The notes beneath the pieces are model-generated. The model did no database searches and was not told the DNA's origin. It saw only the letters and a program-made list of their open reading frames with translations. The position numbers and the translations under genes are program-made. A stretch of 64,000 nt of DNA. It comes from Octopus vulgaris (lineage: Eukaryota). How positions within the stretch are numbered: the stretch's first letter is position 1; every line of letters begins with the position of its first letter. Location of the stretch: contig OX597840.1 in the NCBI GenBank assembly GCA_951406725.2, forward strand, positions 18,538,001 through 18,602,000. Reading direction: 5' to 3'. Positions 26,048-39,500 of this stretch are shown piece after piece.

Positions 26048-27642
26048 AACTCTATAAGATGCACCAAGTGTAAGCTATGGACACATAAGAGGTGCAGCAA
26101 TATCAAAGGAAGGCTAACTAGGAAGATGGTTTTTGTATGTGGCAGATGCTCAGGAACAATTAACACTGAAAATGCTCTGAGACCAACTTCCGTCACTTTC
26201 CAGGGAGAAAAGCTAGAAGTAGTTGATAGTTTCCGTTACCTAGGTGACCAAGTCAGTAGCGGGGGCGGGTGCGCTGAGAGTATAACTGCTAGAGTAAGAA
26301 TAGCCTGGGCAAAGTTTAGAGAGCTCTTACCTCTGCTGGTGACAAAAGGCCTCTCGCTCAAAGTAAAAGGCAGACTGTATGATGCATGTGTACGTGCAGC
26401 CATGCTACATGGTAGTGAAACTTGGGCTGTGACTGCTGAGGATTTGCGTAAGCTCGCAAGAAATGAAGCTAGTATGCTCCGATGGATGTGTAACGTCAGT
26501 GTTCATAATCGACAGAGTGTAAGTACCTTGAGAGAAAAGTTGAACCTAAGAAGCATCAGTTGTTGTGTGCAAGAGAGACGTATGCGCTGGTATGGTCATG
26601 TGATGAGAATGGCTGAAGATAGTTGTGTGCGAAAGTGCCACACCCTGGCAGTTGAGGGGACCTGTGGAAGAGGTAGACCCAGGAAAACCTGGGTCGAGGC
26701 GGTGAAGCATGACCTTCGAACTTTAGGTCTCACCAAGGAAATGACCAGTGACCGAGACCTTTGGAGGTATGCTGTGCGTGAGAAAACCGGGCAAGACCAG
26801 TGAGAACAGTCAAAATCAAGATCAAACCAAATTGAGGTCGATCAACATCAGGGCACCCGTGCAGGTGACACGTAAAAGTACCATCCGTTCGTAGCCATTC
26901 GCCAGCCCTGTCTGGCCCCCGTGTAGGTGGCACGTAAAAGCACCATCCGTTCGTGTTCGTTGCCAGCCTGGCCTGGCCCCCGTGCCGGTGACACGTAAAA
27001 GCACCATCCGTTTGTGGCCGTTTGCCAGCTCTGTCTGGCCCCCGTGCCGGTGACACGTAAAAGCACCATCCATTCGTGGCTGTTTGCCAGCCCTGTCTGG
27101 CCCCCATGTTGGTGACATGTAAAGCACCATCCGTTCGTGGCCGTTTGCCAGCCCTGTCTGGCCCCCATCGGTGACATGTAAAAGCACCATCCGTTCGTGT
27201 CCGTTTGCCAGCCCTGTCTGGCCCCCATGTCGGTGACATGTAAAAGCACCATCCGTTCGTGGCAGTTGCCAGCCTCGCCTGGCCCCCGTGCCGGTGACAC
27301 ATAAAAGCACCATCTGTTCGTGGCCGTTTGCCAGCCCTGTCTGGCCCCCGTGTCGGTGGCACGTAAAAGCACCATCCGTTCGTGTCCGTTGCCAGCCTCG
27401 CCTGGCCCCGTGCCGGTGACACGTAAAAGCACCATCCGTTCGTGGCCGTTTGCCAGCTCTGTCTGGCACCTGTGCAGGTGGCACGTAAAAAGCACCCACT
27501 ACACTCACGGAGTGGTTGGCGTTAGGAAGGGCATCCAGCTGTAGAAACACTGCCAGATCTGACTGGGCCTGATGAAGCCTTCCAGCTTCACAGACCCCAG
27601 TTGAACCGTCCAACCCATGCTAGCATGGAGAACGGACGCTAA

Positions 27643-27675
<33 letters not shown>
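26048..27675 (+). mobile_element. 5'-truncated RTE-clade LINE (RT C-terminus, 3' UTR minisatellite, (GAT)n tail)
   Basis: Open frame 26048-26803 with EVVDSFRYLG, AMLHGSETW, RWYGHVMR and GRGRPRKTW. The 3' UTR ends ...ggacgctaaa(tga)n. Confidence 0.92.
26863..27498 (+). repeat. About 61-bp minisatellite, 10 full units plus a partial, in the LINE 3' UTR
   Basis: Unit approx. ggtgacacgtaaaagcaccatccgttcgtggccgtttgccagccctgtctggcccccgtgcc. Confidence 0.95.
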
Positions 27676-27677
<2 letters not shown>

Positions 27678-27696
27678 AACGTATATATTTGGTAGA

Positions 27697-27802
27697 ATAA
27701 CAACACGTGTTTCGTGGCTATATTTAAGAAATGATTATAGTAAAAATATTAGTAGTTGTAGTAAAATCACTTCAATATAAATATAGCCACTCATCAGGTC
27801 AT
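27697..27802 (-). ncRNA. Type I hammerhead ribozyme with long stem II
   Basis: Minus strand: AUGAC-CUGAUGA-GUGGCUAUAUUUA...UAAAUAUAGCCAC-GAAAC-acgu-GUU-GUUAU. Intact core, perfect 13-bp stem II base, palindromic ACGU loop III. Confidence 0.85.
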
Positions 27803-28133
27803 AACTACAATAATTTAATTAATAATCATATGTAATTAATATTTTAAAATATAAATATATTCTTTAATATATATATATATACAAGCACACACACACACAA
27901 TTGGACAGACAGACCTATGCATACAAGTATTCTCACAGATCTATATCATGTTTGTATATATATATATATATCATCATCATTGTTTAATGTCTGCTTTCCA
28001 TGCTGGTATATATATATATATGCATACACACCTACACCCTACCTGTTCCAATAAAAAATGAGAAATCTGAGCATCATCAGAAACTTCTTCTTTCTTCTCT
28101 ACCTTCTCTTTGTTCTTCTCCTCCTTTTCCTCC

Positions 28134-28171
<38 letters not shown>

Positions 28172-30241
28172 TTATTTCTTGTTGTTCTTTTCTTTATTTC
28201 TTCTTCTCCATCATCATCATCATCACCATCATCTTCATCATCCATCTGTAGTAGTGGTAGTCGTAGTACACATGTTCTAACACCAAATTAATATAGAACC
28301 AGATACTGACGGAGTCAAACATGTGTTCAGTACTGTCTCAGCAGGTAACAGTGGCTTTAAACCATTGCAGGGCATCATCATCATCATCATCATAGTGGTG
28401 GCGAATTGGCAGAATTGTTAGCACACTGGATGAAATGCTTAGTGATATTTTGCCCATCGCTTCGTTCTGAGTTCAAATTACGTCGAGGTCAGGTTTGCCT
28501 TTCATCCTTTTGCGGGGTTAATAAAATAAGTGTCATTTGAGCACTAGGGTCGATATAATCGACTCTTCCCTACCCTTGAAATCGCTGGCCTTATGCCAGA
28601 ACTTGAAACCATTATTAGAGCAGTGAGGTAACAGGTTTGTTAGCATGCTGGGCAAAATGCCTCTAAACGTTTTGTCCATCTTTATATTCCAGGTTCAAAT
28701 TTCACCAAGGTTGATGTTTGCCTTCCATCATTTCAGGGTCAATAAATTAAATACCAGTGAAACACTGGGGTTGATATGTAATCGACTTACCCCTCCCCAA
28801 GAATTTCAGGCCTTGTGCCTATAATAAAAAGAATTATTGTTATTATACATTTCACATATTCGACAAAAGAATTGAGTTCATGGCTCGCAGGATGGCCTGC
28901 TGTGCTTACCTTAGATCGTAGGGTGACCTGCTGTGCTTGAGGAGACCTTATTGAGTCAAGTACATCACCATCAACATCAAAATAAAAATCAAATGGAAAT
29001 TGTAGTTGTGATACCCATGCCGGTGGCACGTAAAAAGCATCATCTGAACGTGGCCAATGCCAGCGCCACCTTGACTGGCGTCCGTGTCGGTGACACGTAA
29101 AAAGCACCAACCGATTGTGGCTGTTTGCCAGCCTCCACTGGCCCCTGTGCCGGTGACACATAAAAAGCACCCACTACATTCATCCTTTCAGGGTCAATAA
29201 ACTAAGTACCAGTGAAATGCTGGGGGTCAGTGTGATTGACTAGTCCCCTCCTACAAAATTTCAGGCCTTGTGCCTTTAGCAGAAAGGATTATTATTATTA
29301 AGGTGGTGGGGCTGGTATAATTATTAACATGCCGGATGAAATGCTTAGCGGTATTTTTGCCCATCGCTTCGTTCTGAGTTCAAATTCCACTGAGGTCAAC
29401 TTTGCCTGTCATCCTTTCAGGGTCGATAAACTAAAACACTGGGGTCGATGTTATCGACTAGTCTCCTCTCCCAAAATTTCAGGCCTTGTACCTTTAGTAG
29501 AAAGGATTATAATTATTATTATTATTTGGCACGTAAGAAGCACCATCCGATCGTGGCCATTGCCAGCCCCGCCTGGCACGTAAAAAGCACCCACTACACT
29601 CACGGAGTGGTTGGCGTAAGGAATGACATCTAACGTAGAAACATTGCCAGATCAGACTGGGCCTGGTGCAGCCTTCTGGCTTCCCAGACCCCAGTTGAAC
29701 CGTCCAACCCATGCTAGCATGGAGGGCGGACGCTAAATGATGATTATTATTATTATTATTATCATCATTATTATTATTCAAGGCGTTGAGCTGGCCACAC
29801 TGTTAGCATGTCCAACGAAATGCTTTGTGGAATTAGTTCTGGATTAAAATTCCGCTGGGGTCGAACTTACCTTTCGTTCCTCTGAGCTTGGTAAAGTAGC
29901 CATCGTGTATTGTAGTTGATGATATCAGCTACTCCTCCCCCATCCCCTCGAAATGGTTGGCAGCATCACCATCATCATTGTCATCTTACTCATTACCACC
30001 CGGTCATAATCAGCATTATAATTAGTTACTTAGCTTGACACTGTTTGACAAAAATAGGAATAAACAACATTTACTTCATGACCTCCCCCTCTCTTTCTCT
30101 CTCTCTCATATATATACATATATATATATACACACACATACATATATATATATATATACACACACATACATACATATATATATATATATACACACACACA
30201 TACATATATATATATACACACACACATACATATATATATAT

Positions 30242-30336
<95 letters not shown>

Positions 30337-30407
30337 TATACATTTATACATATATACACATACATACACACACGTTCAATGTGAAATCTATATCTATGTG
30401 TGCATAA

Positions 30408-30438
<31 letters not shown>

Positions 30439-30450
30439 CATATATACATA

Positions 30451-30548
<98 letters not shown>

Positions 30549-30972
30549 TACACTCGTCTATGGTATATATCTGGATCTTCATGTAAGCTGCTTGCAAGTT
30601 AACCACATGTGTTAGTATAAAAATAGCATAAGATGACAGGACACATGTTATTGTTGATAACTTGCCATCATCACCACCACCATCACCATCATCATCATCA
30701 TCCTACATTTACCTGGGTAACACCCTTATAAATAGATGCTGGGTGGTGAGAGGTTTTTATCTTCTAGGTTGCCTAACAGAAGCTTAAAGCTTGTAAAACA
30801 TCATCTTTTTTCTGTGAGGGTGCCATGGTAAAATGCACTTGGTGCACTTTGAAATGGTTGGCATTACGAAGGGCATCCCGCTGTAGGAACCATGCCGAAG
30901 TAGTCATGGAGCCTGTCACATTCTTCCAGCTCCTGCCAAACCACTCAGTCCATGCGAACATGGAAGATGGAC

Positions 30973-31202
30973 GTTAACCCTGTAGTGTTTAAAGTGGCCA
31001 AATCCGGCCCAATATATTCTACATATTTTATATTCAAACTGGCGATATCCAGCCTCTCACACCTAACCTACATTGACATTCTAAAAATAAACAATCACAT
31101 CGTTGAAACCTCAAAGCTATGAGATAATACATGACTAATTCAAAACAATTTGAGTGAAAAAGCATTACATTTAACAGTGTAATCTGAACACTAAAGGGTT
31201 AA
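30973..31202 (+). mobile_element. Second piggyBac-type MITE family (also about 37693-37904, 38145-38378 and a fragmented - copy at 9130-9903)
   Basis: TTAA-CCCT...AAGGG-TTAA with shared internal sequence ctctcacacctaaccta...aaacaatcacatc. Confidence 0.8.
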
Positions 31203-31685
31203 AGGATGATGATTATTATTATTATGATGACAGGGAGCTTCATCATTTTACATTTGCATTTCCATGCCGGCATGGGTCAGAGGGGTTTTTGAAAGCAGTG
31301 TTTCTAGCCAGGTGTCATTTCAAACACCAATCCTTTTAGTTAATTTAATCAATTTTGACAGCAATCAAAGACACAGTGAACCTATTTTAAAGCAATTAGT
31401 CAAAGATTATTATTGTTGTTGTTGTAATTATTATTATTATTATTATTATTAAGGTGGTGAGCTGGTAGAATTGTTTGCACACCAGGTGAAATGCTTAGGG
31501 ATATTTTGTCTGCCATTACATTTTGAGTTCAAATTCCTCTGAGGTCCACCTTACCTTTCATCCTTTCAGGGTCACCAAACTAAGTACCAGTGAAACATTG
31601 GGCTCGATATGATTGACTAGTCCCCTCCCCCAAAATTTCAGGCCTTGTGCCTTTAGTAGAAAGGATTGTTGTTGTTATTATTATG

Positions 31686-32015
31686 TGAAGGTGCATGGCT
31701 CAGTGGTTAGAGTGTTGAGCATACAATCGTGAGGTTGTGAGTTTGAAACCTAGACCGGGCTGCGTGTTGCGTTCTTGAGCAAGACACTTTATTTCACCTT
31801 GTGCCAGTTCACTCAGTTGTAGAAATGAGTTGCGACATCACTGGTGCCAAGCTGTATCAGCCTTTGCCTTTCCCTTGGATAACATCGGTGGCATGGAGAG
31901 GGGAAGTCGGTATGCAAGGGTGACTGCTGGTCTTCCATAAACAACCTTGCCCAGACTTGTGCCTTGGAGGGGAACTTTCTAGGTGCAATCCCATGGTCAG
32001 TCTTGACCAAAGAGG
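31686..32015 (+). mobile_element. SINE family E (tRNA head + gtgttcttgagcaagacactt V/CORE-like box); also 9258-9590 -, 19609-19810 +
   Basis: A and B boxes plus shared body. The 9258-9590 copy has a TSD ttgagtataaa. Confidence 0.85.
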
Positions 32016-33113
32016 TTTTCTCATTATGTCAAGTAAAATCTTCAACAGAATTTCTTCTGGCTCTTTATATTTGGAGTTCAAATTCTGCTGAGGTTGCCTT
32101 TGCATTTCATCCTCCCAGGATTGCTGAAATAAGGACCAGTCAAGTACTGGCGTCAATGTTATTAACTGTTCCCCTCCCCTCAAAATTTCAGGCCTGGTGC
32201 CTACAGCAGAGAGAATTAATATTATTATTTATAGGTCAGCGAGCCGACAGAATTGTTAGCATGCTGGGCGAAATGCTCAGCTGTATTTATGTTCAAATTC
32301 TGCCAAGGTCAACTTTGCCTTTCATCCTTTCAGGGTCAACTAAATAAGTACCAGTTACGCACTGGGGTCAATGTAATCGACTTAATCCCTTTGTCTGTCC
32401 TTGTTTAGCCCCCTGTTGGCAATAAAGAAATAAATATCATTGAGTGAGAGAGCAGCATATGCCATCAAAGTGACATTAGGGTACAAATGTAAAAGTCCAA
32501 TATACCCATCATGACTACACATCTGATAAGGGTACACCAGGCACATATATCACAGTGATATGTGGACAACATGGTGACGTTAAGACAAATAGTGCATGAC
32601 CTTGCAAGTGGGGCCCAGTTAGAATTTTCTTTGGGTTGAGTAGACCATCCCACTTAGAAGGTCCTTGAATAGGGGTTAAGGATGATGAACAAAACACCCA
32701 TGATTCCAGGGGTGAATTATTCAAACCCCAAAGAATTCTTCTCAACACATGGCTATGATGCTTCCTACCCTAATTCCTGCCCATGATCAGAGATGCATAT
32801 ATCATCAGCCACTAAGGGACATGCTCATCTAGTTAAGGTCAAGTAACTGACAAGAAAATTTGTGGTATTGAGCAAAATATTTGCTCCAAGACAAGACATG
32901 TTAACACATCTAATCAGTGAAGTCTATCTATCTGACCATCTGTCTATCTATGCATCTGTTGGTCTCTGTCTATCTACCTGTCTATGCATTTATTTATCTG
33001 TCTATCTATTTCTCCGTCTGTCCATCTATTTGTCTATCTGTCTATCTATTTATCCATCTGTCCATCTATCTATCAAATTTATTAACGTATATTTATATTT
33101 ATTTAATTTTCAG

Positions 33114-33182
33114 CAAGGCAATCCTATATATCACCCAGCATCAACGACATTTGAGAATCCTGTCTGGGGGCGCGAGAAATAA
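33114..33182 (+). CDS. ITGB: Integrin beta subunit, last coding exon (NPxY tail)
   Basis: Acceptor atttaattttcag|CAA, phase 0 matching the previous donor. Translates QGNPIYHPASTTFENPVWGREK* with NPIY, STT and NPVW, the usual integrin beta tail layout. Intron about 8.0 kb. Confidence 0.93.
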   Translation, partial: QGNPIYHPASTTFENPVWGREK

Positions 33183-33450
33183 GAACAAGGATGGCCTGGA
33201 GGCACACACAAGGCAACACTGCATCATTCTCACGAGAGAATCACAAAGAAAAAATATCCAAAAACAACAAAAAGAAGAGAAAAAAATAATATCGCTCTAT
33301 GGTTCATCCCATTATCAATATCAATGTTGTTATAATTATTTATATTGTCGGAAAGAAAAATACAAAAGAGAAAAAATGATAAAAGAAAGTATTTATTTCC
33401 ATACATATATATATATTTTATATAGTATGAAATATACATAATTATATATT

Positions 33451-33481
<31 letters not shown>

Positions 33482-33658
33482 AGATACACATCCACACACA
33501 CACATATATACATATACATAAATATATATATATGTATGTGTGTACATATATACACACACGTAAGCACATAGGTGCAAAACAATGTGGAGAAAATAGTACT
33601 CAATTACCAAAGGCAGAGTAAAGATCACTGTTTCATTGAAGCTGAAAAGTTCTTGCAA

Positions 33659-33699
33659 ACTGTTACTCAGAGTTTCATGTCAACTGATCATCAGACAAT
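33659..33699 (-). ncRNA. Hammerhead motif, left arm of inverted element
   Basis: Minus strand: AUUGU-CUGAUGA-ucaguugacau-GAAACUC-u-GAGUA-ACAGU. Stem II is degenerate; a mirror copy lies at 33766-33803 on +. Confidence 0.65.
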
Positions 33700-33859
33700 T
33701 GTGCATATTTAGAACTATGTGATAGTTTGTAAGTATTTATAAGTATTATTGTATTGTTCTAGATACTCTGATGGCCAGTGATGTGATACTCAGAGTAACA
33801 GTTAGGGAAGTCTTCACAGCTTCAATAAAACACTACATATGCATGTCTATATATATATA

Positions 33860-33915
<56 letters not shown>

Positions 33916-34200
33916 TGTATGTGGAGTGGATTTGGTATTCTGGAGGAGTTTGTATACTGCGGAGAAAAGCAGAAATCTTCATGGTTTAAAACTCATGCTT
34001 CATTTAAGATGAAGGAAACATCTCTGGTTCGGATGAATTGCCAACCCAGAAACATTAGTTTCCGCTTCCTCTTGCATGCAGCATCCAATTCTATCCAGAT
34101 TCACCAATTTCACTCTATAATTTCTGCCTGTTCTCTTGGATCCTAGATATTCCTTTTCCTTTTTTTCAAAACCATGTATGTTCATCCATATACATATACC

Positions 34201-34239
<39 letters not shown>

Positions 34240-34253
34240 GTATGATGTATGTA

Positions 34254-34304
<51 letters not shown>

Positions 34305-34462
34305 TATGATGTACGTATATAGTTAAACAGCATGGTTAATTGGTGCTTTATTTTTTGTTGTTTTATTTTTGCATTTGCAGCTACTGCTGATTAATATTGG
34401 TATGTCCAAATTCTTGGATATTAGCATGACAGAAACCATGGTCCAGAAGTAACTATAGGCAC

Positions 34463-34499
<37 letters not shown>

Positions 34500-34863
34500 T
34501 TGTGTGTCGGTGTGTGTGTGCATACCTCTTTGAGTATGAGTTTATGTCTATGCATGTGTGAATGTACGTACATGCATGCATACATACACACACACACATC
34601 CAAGCAAACCCACAAATAAAAAAAAAATGTCACCCATTGTATTTGGTATTATATGCACTCACGCATCCATATATAATACCGTTTATATATATATACACAC
34701 ATATATATATATACACACATATATATATACTTATACATACATACACACACACACATCAATGAAGATAAAGGTTTTTCTGGTTGTCCGTGGTTAGCCATTC
34801 ATGTAAATATCATTGCTTAACATTAACCAACAGGCCACAGTGACAATCACTGCATGTGTGTGC

Positions 34864-34903
<40 letters not shown>

Positions 34904-36549
34904 CATACACGCACACATACATACATATGTGTATATTTAGCTTTTCTCTAAACGAAACAGCTTCTAGCAGATGGCATATCTTTCCCCACTTCAAGCCCCA
35001 TGCCCTCCTCATCCTTCTGCGAAACAGCCGACAGTCAAGTACAGATGCACAGACAGAAACTGCCCCACTCCTTCTCTTTCTCTCTCAGTTTCCGTCGCTG
35101 TATTATCGCATCTATGAAAACGCTTGATGCTTTTGACTCACAGATACCATCCTGAATGAATCTGTGAGGGAAAGATGCAGTCTTTGTCTTATACGCAAAC
35201 ATGCACACCTACATACAGAAAAATGCATTCAGACATCCATAAAGATGTATGCACACATACACACACATGTGCATCTGCAAATAGATGTAGAGATAAACAT
35301 ACATCTACACATAGAGTATGTGCATACACACCGTTTCACATATGCATGCTTTCATATGCATATACGCAAAAAGACACACATACTCTTGCATGCAGATGTG
35401 CATAGATATCTGCACATACATATGCATATAGTCTTGTGCACATAGACAAATGCATACATTTTCACATAGATATATGTGCAAATACACTATGTGCATACAC
35501 ATGCAAACATGCATATGTGCACATGCTCTGTTCTACGCATTTGTCATAGATATATGTATGCGTACATAAACATGTGCACATACTCAAACATACATGCATA
35601 CACATGGACTCATGCATATAACAAACACATTTGTGCATAGATATATGTACACGCATGCATAAATGTATGCATATACAAATGCAAGCATGCATGTGTGCAC
35701 ATGCTCTCAACTATGCATTTCTGCATAGATATGCACATATACATGTGCATGCGACAAACACTTTTATTTTTCTGTCTCAAATCTTGATAAAAACATAAAC
35801 CCCTATTTATGCAACCCTGGGTATTTTGGGGTTGAATGAAAACCAAAGAACAATGTAAAGTTGAAGAATTTCGGTCTATGGCAGTAGATTGCCAGAATCA
35901 TCAGAGAGTTTGACAAATTGCCTTGCAGTTTATTTAGTTTTGAATCTTTATGTTCTGATTTCAAATCCTACCAAGGTCAGTCAACTTCACCTTCCATCCT
36001 ACTGAGGGTTCATAAAATAAATTACCACAAAGTACCCTTACTTCAATTTTCAGGCTTTGTGCCCAAATAAGAAAATACTATCACAGCTTCAGTTTTGAAC
36101 AGTGGATAAAAAAAATATATGCCCTGCTGGGTATTTAGGTATGGCTCTTTATGTTCTGAGTTCAAAGCCTGTAGTGGTTGATTTTATCTTTCATCCTTCT
36201 GAAGGTTGATAAAATAAAGTACCAGTCATGTAATGGAGTCAATTTAATTGACTCTACTTCTCTTCCACGCTAAAATATGAGGCCTTGCGCCTATGTTAGA
36301 AACCAATATCTCAGTCGCATTTCATATATACATATATATATATATATATACATATGTATACATATATATATATGCATATACATATATATACCTATATGCA
36401 TACATATACATTTATGCATATATATATACATATATGCATACATATATATATATATATATACATATATGCATACATATATATACATATATATACATATATG
36501 CATATATATACATATGCATATATGATGATGATATGCATATATATACATA

Positions 36550-36592
<43 letters not shown>

Positions 36593-39500
36593 GCATATAT
36601 TTATATACATACATATATATACACATACATATTTTTTTTGTCTCAACATAGGCAATATACCAGGGTTTAGAAGAACATTTAATTTTTTTTTGTTTTTTTT
36701 TCCGGGCGGGACAAATGGTAACTGTGTAGAGTTTGTATAGATATACAATTATATATCAGCATCCCTATCACATGACCATGTATGCCACGCACACACACTT
36801 CATTCCTTTCTTAACTTATTGTTATTGAAGTGCAAAGTACTTGAGTTATATTAATCCTCTATCCTGCCCCCAACACGACCACCTCCCCCAAATTCCTGGC
36901 CTTCAGCTTAATATAATCAGCTAATCTTCTCCACATATAATTTCAGGCCTTGTACCATTTTTGAAAGAATTATTTTTATTAAGACACCGAGCTGGCAGAA
37001 TCTTTACCATCCTGGACAAAATAAATGTTCAACATTTTTTCCATCTTTATGCTCTAAGTTCAAATGCCACCAAGGTCAACTTTGCCTTTCATCCTTTCAG
37101 GGTCGATAAATTAAGTACCAGAATCGTTAGCACACCAGACAAAATACTTAGCAGTATTTCGTCTGTCTTTAGGTTCTGAGTTCAAACCCTGCCGAGGTCG
37201 ACTTTACTTTTCATTCTTTCTGGGGTCAATAAAATAAGTACCAGTTGAACACTGGGGTTGATGTAATCGACTTAAGCCCTCCTCCCCAAGATTGCTGGCC
37301 TTGTGCCAAAATTTGAAACGATTATCATCATCATCTTGATAGCAAATGTAGCAAAGAATGGTTCCAAACATTCATTTTTGATTTTTTCTTTTTTTTTTTG
37401 ATGGATGTATTTTTTCTTCCTAAACCTGAAGAACTAAACAAATTCTTGCATCATAGGCATCACCAGAATCTATCTACATGGCACACCATCAAATTTTCTG
37501 AGTTTTTTTTATTATTTTATATTTTTTTACATGGGGTGGGGTGCTTAAATATTTGTGATGATAATTCCTTTGACTCAGAATATTAATTAGCAATATTTTT
37601 AGGTTCCCCGCTCCCCACCCATATTTCTTTAAAACGAAAGATTTATCACATTTCTTTTGCCGTGCCTGCAACGAGACCGCCATGGCACCACTTTAACCCT
37701 TCAGCATTCAAACCGGCTGCATCCAGCCCAAATATTCTACCTGTTTTATGTTTAAGATGGCCAGGTCTGATCTCTCACACATTCTAAAAACATACAATCA
37801 CATCATCAAAATCCCAAAACTACAAAATAACACCTGATTAATCCAAAACACAGTGAATAAAAAAGCGTTACACTCGAGAGATAAATTTGAATGCTAAAGG
37901 GTTGAGCAGTTTTTTTTAAATTATAGTTTTAAAATTTTTTTTCCATGCTTAAATAATTAACTTAACCAATTATAAATGGTAAATATGACAAATTTCTTGG
38001 ATTCTCAGACATGAGCAACATTTTAAATGAATGTTTTATTTCAGTTGCCATTTTTTTCCCCTTGTAAGTCAGATTTGTCTATAATGTAAACATCCAAATA
38101 TCGTTATCTTTCCAAATCCTGCTGCATTTCCCATGAAATTTTTGATCCTTTAATGCTTTGACATTTAAACCGGTCATATCTGGCCAAAATATTCAATCTG
38201 TCTTGTCTTCAAACTGGTCAAATCTGGCCTTTCGCACTTACCCTACAATGTCACTTTAAAAATGAACAATCACATCATCGAAATCTCAAAACTATGAATT
38301 AATGCATGATTAATTTAAAACGATGTGAATACATACACATTACATCTGACAGAGTGATCTGAATCCTTAAAGGGTTAAAACCATTTTCCTGAATCAGTTG
38401 ATCCCCCTCCTCCTTTTTCCCCTTTTCCCTCCTTCTTTTGGCTGTAAATTTTGGTCTGAAGAATTCAACATGGTAATTTTGTTTTTTAATTCCTAAAACC
38501 TGAGTATGGTTGAAGACCTTTTTACCTGATTGCCAAAATCGAACCTCATACGGCACCCTTCAGGTTTTTGTGTTTATTATTATTATTATTATTATTATTA
38601 TCATTGGTGCTTAAATAGCAAAGCTAACACTGTTGTGAAGATGACATTTTTATTTTCTTTATTTTTTATGTTGTTCCAAATTTTCATTAAAAACATTATG
38701 AATATTTTCAAGCAAAAATTCATCATAAATATGAAAATATTTCTCATGAAACTGTTGCAAAAGGATCTACATAGCATCCATCATTAATTTTATTTTTTTT
38801 ATGTTTTTGTTACTTAACCTAACCATTTGTACTTAAACTCTAACCAAAGTTAATTTATTTTTAATCACAGGAAGGTAACCTCAGCTTTTACTTTCCCTCT
38901 CTTTCTTACACTCACTCACTCTTAAGCTTTCTCTCTCTCTCTTTTATCGTTTCTTTCTGTCTCTTGGGTATGAGATGTTGTGGCACAGCCGTTTCCGCGC
39001 ATTGCTTATTTTGCGGCACTGATTCGACGCTGACTTATTTGACACGAGACATTTTAATGTTTCTCTATCTTCCTCTCTCTTTCTATGTGTGTGAGTATAT
39101 TTTTCTTTGTGCATCTGAGGAGAAGGTAAAGTGCTGATTAATCATGTTCAATCAAAAATCATAATCTCTCTCTCTCTCTCTCTCTTTCCCTCTATGTGTA
39201 TGAGCATCTAGTTATGTTTGGATATATGTGTAAGGTCTCTTTCTCTCAGCATATTTCTCTCTCTGAGTTTGAGGATAGGAAAAATGTTTATGTTAATCAC
39301 ATTAAGTTAATAAATTACTATGTCTCTCTTTTGCCCTTTTTTCCATCTGCATATTTCTTTGCATGCCTGCATGCATGTGCTTACCTCCAGCACCAAAACA
39401 GGTCAAATGTCCAGTCAGCTGTGTCGATTCATCAGCGGCCAACAGCTGCAGCCAATCTTCTCATTCCACACTCTCTTTCTCTTGAAGCTTGCACAGGGTT

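Noticed and set aside
26730-27613. Long - strand ORFs (215-263 aa) and the CRISPR-like look of the 61-bp array
   Set aside because: Units are near-identical along their whole length with no unique spacers and no cas genes; the ORFs are stop-free by-products of a GC-rich minisatellite.
28297-28344. Possible 48-nt in-frame alternative integrin tail exon (NQILTESNMCSVLSQQ)
   Set aside because: No polypyrimidine tract and no similarity to known tails; unsupported without RNA data.
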